From: Macrostomum lignano
Lineage: Eukaryota
Assembly (NCBI GenBank): GCA_002269645.1
Contig: NIVC01005060.1
Coordinates: 1 to 27,477, forward strand
Reading direction: 5' to 3'
Length of the DNA stretch: 27,477 nucleotides
Shown: piece by piece, positions 10,601 through 20,154 of the stretch
Position numbering within the stretch: position 1 is the first letter of the stretch
How the letters are laid out: every line of letters starts with the position of its first letter
Translations under genes and position numbers: made by a program
The notes under the pieces: generated by a model
What the model was told of the DNA's origin: nothing
The model's input: only the letters and a program-made list of their open reading frames with translations
Databases searched by the model: none

Positions 10601-13041
10601 GTTCCTGAAGGGTAGGATGAAGGGTTGCTGAAGAGTGGGATGAAGGGTTCCTGAAGAGTGGGATGAAGGGTTCCTGAAGAGTGGGATGAAGGGTTCCTAA
10701 AGGGTAGGATGAAGGGTTGCTGAAGAGTGGGATGAAGGGTTCGTGAAGAGTGGGATGAAGGGTTCCTGAAGGGTAGGATGAAGGGTTGCTGAAGAGTGGG
10801 ATGAAGGGTTCGTGAAGAGTGGGATGAAGGGTTCCTGAAGGGTAGGATGAAGGGTTGCTGAAGAGTGGGATGAAGGGTTGCTAAAGAGTGGGTTGAAGGG
10901 TTCCTGAAGGGTAGGATGAAGGGTTCCTGAAGAGTGGGATGAAGGGTTCCTGAAGGGTAGGATGAAGGGTTCCTGAAGAGTGGGATGAAGGGTTGCTAAA
11001 AGAGTGGGTTGAAGGGTTCCTGAAGAGTGGGATGAAGGGTTCCTGAAGAGTGGAATGAAAGGTTGCTAAAGGGTGGGTTGAAGGGTTGCTGAAGAGTGGG
11101 ATGAAGGGTTCCTGAAGAGTGGGATGAAGGGTTGCTAAAGAGTGGGTTGAAGGGTTCCTGAAGAGTGGGATGAAGGGTTCCTGAAGAGTGGAATGAAAGG
11201 TTGCTAAAGGGTGGGTTGAAGGTTGCTGAAGAGTGGGATGAAGGGTTCCTGAAGAGTGGGATGAAGGGTTCCTGAAGGGTAGGATTAAGGGTTTCTGAAA
11301 AGTGGGATGAAGGGTTCCTGAAGGGTAGGATTAAGGGTTTCTGAAAGTGGGATGAAGGGTTCCTGAAGGGTAGGATTAAGGGTTTCTGAAAAGTGGATGA
11401 AGGGTTCCTGAAGGATAGGATAAAGGGTTCCTGAAAAGTGGGATGAAGGGTTCCTGGAAAATGGGCTGAAGAGTTCCTGAATGTTTCCCGAAGGGTGGGA
11501 TGAACGAATTATTAAGGGTGGGATGAAGGGTTTCTGAAGTAAGGGCTGGAGGGCTCATGCAGGATATAATGCATGCTCCGTCCAGGTCTCTAGTATTGCA
11601 CGTAACGATACTTTTTAACATACTGGTAATTTTTTTTGCCTCAACGGCAAAATTTTCTCCCCAAGGTGTCGGTCATCAACTTGAATCCCGAGTCACCGCC
11701 ATCAACTCGTGCATCGAGATCGACCTGACAGGCCAGGTGGTCAGCGACTCGATCGGCTCCCGCATTTACTCCGGCGTCGGCGGCCAGATGGACTTCATCC
11801 GCGGTGCCGCCCTGTCTACGGACGGTCTCGGGGTGCCCATCATCGCGCTGCAGTCCGCCACGAAGAAGGGCGGCAGCAAAATTGTACCCTTCATCAAGGA
11901 GGGTGAGAGCCTGAGACGTTGTCCGCCGCTGCTGGGCCACCCTTCCGGATCCCTGAACTCGTAGATTTCCTATTTCCCAGATCCCAGTATCCCAGATCCC
12001 AAGATCACATATCCCAATTTCTCAAGTTTTTTAATCTCTTAGATCCCCTATATCCCATATTCTAATATCCTAAATCCCTAATCCTCCAGATCCCACATTA
12101 TCACAGATCGCAGTGTCCCAAATCCTCAATATCCCCATCATCCTAGATCTTAATCTCCCAGATCCTAATCCTAATCTCCCAGATCCCAATCTCCCAGATC
12201 CCAATCTCACCCAGATCCCAATCTCCCAGATCCCAATCTCCAGATCCTAATCTCCCAGTTCCTAATCTCCAGATCCTAATCTCCCAGATCCTAATCTCCC
12301 AGATCCTAATCTCCCAGATCCCAATCTCCCAGATCCCAATCTCCCAGATCCTAATCTCCAGATCCTAATCTCCCAGATCCTAATCTCCCAGATCCTAATC
12401 TCCCAGATCCCAATCTCCCAGATCCTAATCTCCCAGATCCTAATCTCCCAGATCCCAATCTCCCAGATCCTAATCTCCCAGATCCTAATCTCCCAGATCC
12501 CAATCTCCCAGATCCTAATCTCCCAGATCCTAATCTCCCAGATCCCAATCTCCCAGATCCTAATCTCCCAAATCCTAATCTCCCAGATCCTAATCTCCCA
12601 GATCCCGATATCCCATGTCCTAGTATCCCAGATCCCAATCTCCCAGGTTCCTGTTCATCCAGATCCCATTCTCCCAGATCCCACATTATCACAGACCTGG
12701 ACTATTATCCCAATATACCAAATCCTCAATATCTTAGATCCCTATCATCCTAGATCTCAATCTCCCAGATCCCATTATTGTAAATCCCAAATATCCCAGA
12801 TCCGCAGTCTCAGCTACAATGAATCACCAAACTCATCCACTCCACTGTGCCAGGCGCCGGTGTGGTGACAACCCGAGCTCACGTTCACTACGTGGTGACT
12901 GAGTACGGCATCGCCCAGCTGTGGGGCAAGAACCTCCGCCAGCGAGCCCACCATCTGGTGCAGATCGCGCATCCGGACCATCGGGAGGCTCTCGAGAAGG
13001 CGGCTTATGAACGGCTGGGCTGCATGCCCTCCGCTGATTAG
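7630..13041 (+). CDS. Acetyl-CoA hydrolase / 4-hydroxybutyrate CoA-transferase family protein (family I CoA-transferase, ASCT-like), 5 exons, about 490 aa after restoring four single-base deletions
   Basis: Exons 7630..7823, 8967..9388, 9863..10290, 11666..11902 and 12854..13041, all GT-AG with phases 0,0,0,1. Motifs: EPFHPIP, FIHGGAATP, ADFTPIFLSEIP, GFCSLGPSVD, DGATLQ-type GATLQTGIGSIPDAV, (V)HTEMFSDG (catalytic Glu motif of the family), AINSCIEIDLTGQV, SGVGGQMDF, GAGVVTTRAHVHYVVTEYGIA. The N-terminus is Arg/Ser/Leu-rich, like a mitochondrial presequence. As written, the frame breaks at 9001-9003, 10103-10105, 11687-11689 and probably 7708-7710. The alternative start ATG at 7701 avoids the first break. 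Confidence 0.88.
7905..8760. repeat. 20-24-bp minisatellite GCCTGTCTCAGTGTCTC(ATT/TTATA/TTATAGA) in CoA-transferase intron 1
   Basis: About 40 tandem units. The unit shifts from the CATT variant on the left to TTATAG(AG) variants on the right. This array produces the SVSHCLSQCLIAC ORFs. Confidence 0.93.
9500..9825. repeat. Degenerate TAATTAGGG-type low-complexity repeat in CoA-transferase intron 2
   Basis: Recurrent TAATTAG(G/C/T)GG motifs at irregular spacing. Confidence 0.6.
10325..11540. repeat. 23-bp G-rich minisatellite GAAGGGTTCCTGAAGAGTGGGAT in CoA-transferase intron 3
   Basis: About 50 tandem units with recurring variant blocks. The + strand is strongly purine-rich. Confidence 0.93.
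12165..12620. repeat. 15-bp minisatellite CCCAGATCC(T/C)AATCT in CoA-transferase intron 4
   Basis: About 30 copies with degenerate flanks from about 11965 to 12810. This array produces the antisense GSGRL ORF. Confidence 0.93.
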
Positions 13042-13274
13042 AAGGCACGCTTGATTGAGCCCTGAGCTGTTGCAATCCGGAAACTAATTGTATTTTTTCC
13101 AGCAATTTTATAACATTATAATTTTTTAGCAAAGCAAATTGTTTCGTGTCTGTTTTAGTCGGATCGTGTGTGTGGATTTTTTGTGGTTTTTTAAAAACTT
13201 TTATGAGTCTAGCAGATTTAAAAAAATTAACCTTTTCTTTTTAGATAGTTCTCCCAATTTCACTGGGTAACCCC

Positions 13275-14040
13275 CAAGTTTAGCTTCGAGAATCCTTCAA
13301 TTTTAGCTTCGGGAATCCCCCAATTTTAGCTTCGAGAAATCCCTCAATTTTAGCCTCGGGAAATTCCTTAATTTTAGCTTCGGGAATCCCCAATTTTAGT
13401 TTTGGGAATCCCCCAATTTTAGTTTCGGGAATCCCTCAATTTTAGCTTCGGGAAATTCCTGAATTTTAGCTTCGGGAATCCCCAATTTTAGCTTCGGAAA
13501 ATTCCTCAACTTTAGCTTTGGGAATCCCCCAATTTTAGCTTCGGGAAATTCCTCAATTTTAGCTTCGGGAATCCCCCAATTTCAGCTTTGGAAATCCCCC
13601 AATTTTAGCTTCGGGAAATTCCTCAATTTTAGCTTCGGGAATCCCCCAATTTTAGTTTCGGGAATCCCCAATTTTAGTTTTGGGAATCCCCCAATTTTAG
13701 TTTCGGGAATCCCTCAATTTTAGCTTCGGGAAATTCCTGAATTTTAGCTTCGGGAGTCCCCAATTTTAGCTTCGGAAAATTCCTCAACTTTAGCTTTGGG
13801 AATCCCCCAATTTTACTTCGGGAAATTCCTCAATTTTAGCTTCGGGAATCCCCCAATTTCAGCTTTGGAAATCCCCCAATTTTAGCTTCGGGAAATTCCT
13901 CAATTTTAGCTTCGGGAATCCCCCAATTTTAGCTTCGGAAATCCCCCAATTTTAGCTTCGGGAATCCCCCAATTTTAGCTTCGAAAAATCCCTCAATTTT
14001 AACTTAGGGAATCCCCCAATTTTAGCTTCGGGAAATCCGC
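13275..14040. repeat. 22-24-bp minisatellite AATTTTAGCTTCGGGAA(T/ATT)CCCC downstream of the CoA-transferase
   Basis: About 33 units. A block starting near 13382 recurs near 13660, which suggests a higher-order duplication of about 280 bp. Confidence 0.93.
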
Positions 14041-14647
14041 AAAATTTTTCTTACTTGCTAGCAACTTCAAATGTCACAACTGAGCACAGTGTGTACTCCT
14101 TTTTATTTTTAATATACTTGTGTTTGTGCACTTTTACTGGACAGCTTTCTAATAGTCATTACGATTGTTTTTACGCTTCTGGTTATATTCCATTTGAATC
14201 TCTTAGATACTCCTCAATTTTAGAAGCTGACGTTTTATTTGGAGTTCAATTTTATGGTTTCTTTGCAATTATCTTGCTCTCAATTGTATTCGTCTGTCTG
14301 TTGTCTTTCCGCTGTAGCGAAGCTGTTTTTAAGTAAATTTTTTTCTGAGCAATGTCCATCGACTGTAATGTGTTGATTTTTTATTAGACTTGCTAGTGAT
14401 ATTTACTACACACCAATGCACCAGCGTTTTTTGTCACGATGGCTTTTTGCGTCGTCAATTTCCTAAAATTTATTTGTTTTTTTTAGTTGTGACAGCAGAA
14501 TTTTTATATCTTGTACTCTCCTCTGTTAGTCCAAGTTTTTTGTTTAAATGTTTTACTCCACAATGGTGAATGCGCCACGAGCCCTTGGTTCGATTCTGTG
14601 AGCAGTCACATTCACGAGATTCACAGCCATGCGGGCCAACCCCCAAG

Positions 14648-14650
<3 letters not shown>

Positions 14651-14683
<33 letters not shown>

Positions 14684-14696
14684 TGTGTGTGTGTGT
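14651..14696. repeat. Compound (AG)n(GT)n microsatellite
   Basis: CAGAGAGA...GAGTGTGTG...TGT is directly visible. Confidence 0.9.
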
Positions 14697-15419
14697 ACAT
14701 GCCTGATGATTAGACAGTCAGGGGACCGCTGTGTGAGCGTGAGTTTGAGTGCGTGTCAGGCGTTGCGAATGATTATATTATTATTAGGTCTAAAATAAAA
14801 TTTTCTAAATGTCAATTTTGATTGTCTGCTTCAATAAATGTTGGTTGTTGTGCTCTAGTTTAAATGGGCAACATATCGAACGATGATCTTCGATCTTGTT
14901 TCGATATGAAAGACTAGTGTTTCGAAAAATTGCTTTTTTATTTTCATTTACTTATTCTAATAATTGGTTTTCGAGGAAAGGGTGAGCTCTGGGTGAGAAT
15001 TCGCGAGATTATTTTAGAAACATTTGAGCTTTAGATTTGCAAAATGACTGTAAATGTCAACCCCAGCAATAACCTTACTCTTGCCCCTATGCTGATAAAT
15101 TCAAGAAGTTAACTAACTTCTAAGAGTTCTAAGAATCTGATAAACCAAAGCTTTACGTAGCTTCTAATTTTCGAGTTTGCATATCTGACAGAGATTAAAG
15201 TTTTTTTTCACGATTTTTTTGAAGTTACTGACTTCTGAGAAAAGCTTTTTTAATCTGGTAAAAACAGGAGACTGAAATGCAAAGCTAAAGCTCCTAGCTT
15301 TTAGAATAAAAAATAGGTTGGACCATTGACAGCACACACACACACCCACAAAATGACACAACTGGGTCAAAGACAGGCATAATTCATTAAAACACTTACA
15401 ATTTCATTTTTCCGACTAA

Positions 15420-15740
15420 AATCAACTGGTGGGTTTAAAATGTGACTTTCTTCCGTAAGTTAGAAAAACTGCAATCTGGAAGTTTTTCAGATAACCCCGA
15501 AAACCGAATGGAGAGTCAATAAGAGGAATGGAGAGTCAATAAAAAGAGATTTGTGATGCTATGGAGGCAATGGTCTTAGATGACAGAAATGCTTCGTTCA
15601 TGAAATCAAGAAATAACAGTCTGATATAAACCCATTTTTGGCCATAGACATCGTTGCAATATAGAAGGTCCCAGAAGTCTAGGTTAACAGTGTATACTCA
15701 GCGATTTGCGTATGTCTATGGCCCAACCTATCTTTACTTT
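15420..15740 (+). mobile_element. Possible decayed Tc1/mariner-type transposase N-terminal fragment
   Basis: After removing a 20-bp duplication (GAATGGAGAGTCAATAA at 15506 and 15526), one frame reads FFRKLEKLQSGSFSDNPENRMESQ*KEICDAMEAMVLDDRNAS. This resembles, by eye only, the GS..D.PR.GR...V..MV..DRR segment of Tc1/mariner HTH regions. No TIRs were found. Confidence 0.25.
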
Positions 15741-16020
15741 ATAGGCTTTTAAAATTAGATATCCGTTCTTCTTTAACTATGAAAAATATGTACAATATTT
15801 AGATCTTACCAGAAGATTTTCACGATTTTTTAGTCTTACGTATAACTATTCGGAGATAACATGATTTTATTTACAAAGATGAGGTTAATTTCTAGTTTTT
15901 ATTCGCACGCAAAATTTTATGTTCGTCAATTTCGACGCCAATTTGCGCTACACACTACTGAACGCTACTAAGTAGGCTTTTCAGTAACAGAAAAACTAGT
16001 TATATAATAATTCAATAAAA

Positions 16021-19000
16021 ATGACGCAACAATTGCGCTCTCGCGTGCTGACCGCTATGCGAGAGGTGCTCGAACGTGGCGCTGGCAACGCTTGTCCCGC
16101 TCATAGCGCCTGCGGCCATCGCCATCACGGCGGGGTGCTGAGGCGCTGCCATCAGACTGTGCAAGAGACTGAGTACGCCTTTGAGATGGCCGTATCTACC
16201 GTGCGCTACGGCCCCGGAGTGACCCGAGAAATCGGGCAGGATGTTGTCAATCTGGGCGCTAAGCGAGTTCTTGTATTTACCGACAACAACCTGGCTGAGT
16301 TGCCGCCGTTTAAAAAGGTTAGGCAAGGGTTAAATTTAAATTTGAACGGACACGGATCATGAATTAGGTAGACCCGGTTAGAGAGATCACATACCGCTGT
16401 TAGACATATACACTGCTGTTAGACACGGATCATACACTGCTGTTAGACACGGATCATACACTGCTGTTAGACACGGATCATACACTGCTGTTAGACACTG
16501 ATCATACACTGTTAGACACGGATCATACACTGTTAGACACGGATCATACACTGCTGTTAGACACGGATCATACACTGTTAGACACGGATCATACACTGTT
16601 AGACACGGATCATACACTGTTAGACACGGATCATACACTGCTGTTAGACACGGATCATACACTGTTAGACACGGATCATACACTGCTGTTAGACACGGAT
16701 CATACACTGCTGTTAGACACGGATCATACACTGCTGTTAGACACGGATCATACACTGCTGTTAGACACGGATCATACACTGCTGTTAGACACGGATCATA
16801 CACTGCTGTTAGACACGGATCATACACTGCTGTTAGACACGGATCATACACTGCTGTTAGACACGGATCATACACTGCTGTTAGACACTGATCATACACT
16901 GCTGTTAGATACGGATCATACACTGCTGTTAGACACGGATCATAACTGCTGTTAGACACGGATCATAACTGCTGCTAGACACGGATCATACACTGCTGTT
17001 AGACATTACTAGCTCCAAACCAACACCCCACGCATCTCAGGTAGCCGACAGTCTCGCATCCAACTCAGTCCCATTCGACGTCTATCCAGACGTCAGAGTC
17101 GAACCCACGGACTCCTCGTTCAAAGCGGCAATCAAGGCTGCCGGAGCCGCTAACTACGACGCTTTCATTGCCGTAGGCGGCGGCAGCGTGATCGACACGG
17201 CCAAAGCTGCCAATCTCTACGTCACCAACCCCAAAGCCGACTTCTTAGACTACGTGAACGCTCCCATTGGTCGCGGCCTGCCTGTCACTCACGAACTTAA
17301 GCCGTTAATTGCGGTGCCAACCACCTCGGGCACCGGTAGCGAGACAACCGGGGTAGCCGTTTTCGACCTGGAATCTATGCACGCAAAGACTGGGATCGCC
17401 AATCGAGCCCTCAGACCCACTCTGGGCCTGATCGATCCCGATCACACAGCCAGCATGCCCAACCGCGTGTCTGCCTACAGCGGCTTCGATGTTGTCTGTC
17501 ACGCGTTGGAGTCCTTCACTGCACTGCCGTTCGATCAGAGAACGCCGCGACCCACTGATCCCAAGCTGAGGCCGGCTTATCAGGTTTGGCCTTGGATTAG
17601 TTATCTGTTAGGCACGGATTAGTTACCTGTTAGACACGGATTAATTACCTGTTAGGCACTGATTAGTTACCTGTTAGACACGGATTAGCTACCTGCTAGA
17701 CACGGATTAGTTACCTGTTAGAAACGGAGTAGTTAACTGTTTGACACAGATTAGTTACCTGTTAGACACGGATTAATTACCTGTTAGACACGGATTAATT
17801 ACCTGTTAGACACGGATTATAGTTTCCTGTTAGACACTGGGGTCTCCAACCTGTCAATTACTGGGATCTCTAACCTGTCAGGCACTGGCTCTCCAACCTG
17901 TCAGACACTGGGTCTCCAACCTGTCAGACACAGGGGTCTCCAACCTGTCAGACACAGGGGTCTCCAACCTGTCAGACACAGGGGTCTCCAACCTGTCTGA
18001 CACTGGGGTCTCCAACCTGTCTAACACTGGGGTCTCCAACCTGTCAGAACTGGGGTCTCCAACCTGTCAGACACAGGGGTCTCCAACCTGTCAGACACTG
18101 GGGTATCCAACCTGTCAGAACTGGGGTCTCCAACCTGTCAGACACTGGGGTCTCCAACCTGTCAGACACTGGGGTCTCCAACCTGTCAATCACATCCCAT
18201 GCCACAGGGCTCCAATCCAATCAGCGATGTCTGGTGCCGCTGGGCCCTGGACGCGTCGGCCCGCTATTTTCGTCGGGCCGTACGCAACCCGAGCGACTCG
18301 GAGGCTCGGTCGGCCATGCACCTGGCCGCCTGTATGGCTGGCGTTGGCTTCGGCAATGCTGGGGTGCACCTGTGCCACGGCCTGTCCTACCCCATCTCCG
18401 GGTTGGGGACGTCTGTAAGCAGCGGCGGCTACAGGTCCGAAGGCTATTCCGATCAGCACGCCCTGATTCCGCACGGACTGTCAGTGGTGATCACCGCGCC
18501 GAAGGTGTTCGAGTTCACCGGTGCCGCTTCGCCTGACCGGCACTTGGAGGCTGCCCGACTGCTGGGCGCCGATGTGACCTGGAAGAAACGGGAGGATGCT
18601 GGGAAGGTGGGTGTTGTTTAGTGGCTATAAAATATTAGTTTAGAATCTTAGAAGATAAACAGTACAGCTTTCAACAAGATTTAATAGATTTTAGCGTATT
18701 TTTCTCATATTTCTACTGTTAGTAGAGTATCAAATAAAAATTCCGTATATTATGAAGCCTAAATTTTTTGACTATTTTCTTAGCCTATTTTGTATTTCTA
18801 CTTTTAGTAGAGTATTAAATAAAAGCTCGTTATAATTTGTAGCCTAAATTTAATTAATTATTTTCTTAGCGTATTTTTCTATTTCTAATATTAGTGGTGT
18901 ATCAAAAAATATATAGATTAGTTTTCTAATCATTTTCCTTCGTATTCATTCAGGTTCTCTCCGACCAGGTGCGCCAGCTTATGCACGATCTTGACGTGCC

Positions 19001-19154
19001 CGACGGCCTTCAGGCACTGGGCTTCGACGCTTCGCACATCGACTCGCTTGTCGAGGGTGTCCTACCGCAGCAGCGACTGCGCAGCATTGCGCCCTGTCCA
19101 CAGACCCGCGACGATATTGCCGGTATCTATCAGGCTTCGATGCGAGCCTACTGA
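16021..19154 (+). CDS. ADHFE1: Hydroxyacid-oxoacid transhydrogenase (Fe-containing ADH family), 479 aa, 4 exons
   Basis: Exons 16021..16317, 17041..17583, 18208..18606 and 18954..19154, all phase 0 and GT-AG, total 1440 nt with no break. Motifs: [126 protein letters not shown]. Confidence 0.95.
16395..17005. repeat. 24/21-bp minisatellite CACTG(CTG)TTAGACACGGATCATA in ADHFE1 intron 1
   Basis: About 26 near-identical copies filling most of the intron. This array produces the antisense [11 protein letters not shown]. Confidence 0.95.
17596..17835. repeat. 22-bp minisatellite TTAGTTACCTGTTAGACACGGA in ADHFE1 intron 2 (5' part)
   Basis: About 11 copies beginning 12 nt after the donor. Confidence 0.9.
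17836..18187. repeat. 24-bp minisatellite GGGGTCTCCAACCTGTCAGACAC(T/A) in ADHFE1 intron 2 (3' part)
   Basis: About 15 copies ending about 20 nt before the acceptor. Confidence 0.9.
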
Positions 19155-19450
19155 CAGAATTTTTTACATTCGTTTGTGTTTGATGCTTAATTATTTAGTT
19201 GATGCTTAAAAGCTATATTTATTCATAGATCACTATAGCTGATTATAGATAATTTTTTACATTGGCATCATATCCAACTTTATAATTCCCTTGAAAAATA
19301 CGTTTAAATGTGCATGTATGTTATTCGATGTGCCTTCCAAATCAATTTTTGACGGTTTTGTCTGCTTAAGCCAACTATTCCAGTCAAATTATATACTGTT
19401 ATTCTAGCTTGAACAGAAATTTCTAATCTTACAATATATTATCTAGATAA

Positions 19451-19456
19451 AATAAA
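19451..19456 (+). other. Candidate ADHFE1 polyadenylation signal
   Basis: AATAAA about 300 nt after the stop codon, in an AT-rich context. Confidence 0.3.
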
Positions 19457-20154
19457 TTTACACTTCAATGTGGCCATTCATTTTGCTTATGAAATGTACT
19501 TGTAGTGAAGATTCTGTACAGTAATTAAAATTCATCATTACTTTATTGCTTAAAATTATCCACTCGGGCTGAGTCACGGGCACATACATGTAATCATGTC
19601 ATAAATGTATATTAGATGTATTGAAGGACGCATTAAGGTACAAGGTACAGGTACAGTTTATGCTTTAGCACAATGTATAACACAAATTATAATTATATAT
19701 GTACTCATGCTGATATCGCAGTGTAAATGAATTTCTGAAAAATTACATACAATAATTACGACATGTTTTAATATTAAGCAACAACGAGCCCAATGAGCGT
19801 CATCTGATGACACGGCACATGTTGCAGAAAGAAGCGAGAAACCAGATAATTTAAAGTCAGCCAACTGAAATTATGAGTATATTGATTAAAAGAGAAGCAT
19901 CAGGAATAGTGGTTGTAAACTTTCAGGCTTGCATAAATTTGTTTTAAGGTACACAACAAACGCTATGTACAGGCCCATGATATTAGTATTTAAACACGGT
20001 GATTTCCTAGAATTACTGTACAGGTTTTCTCTCTCATATCAGAAATTTAAATCAACAGACCAGAAGTTAGAGTTAGCTTCTTTTGACGGTGATGTGTGCA
20101 TAATAATTTAATCCGCAGGCTTATTTCGAATTGAAAGTGCAGAGAAGCAATAAA

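Noticed and set aside
14560-14610. tRNA or SINE suggested by GGTTCGATTC (B-box / T-loop-like) at 14587-14596
   Set aside because: No cloverleaf stems, no convincing A-box and no flanking TSD could be built.
7630-19154. Recent horizontal transfer of a bacterial 4HB operon
   Set aside because: Both genes have several spliceosomal introns, presequence-like N-termini and animal-type features (ADHFE1 CPAHS; transferase EPFHPIP extension). Nothing in the sequence supports recent transfer, and only a phylogeny could test an ancient one.
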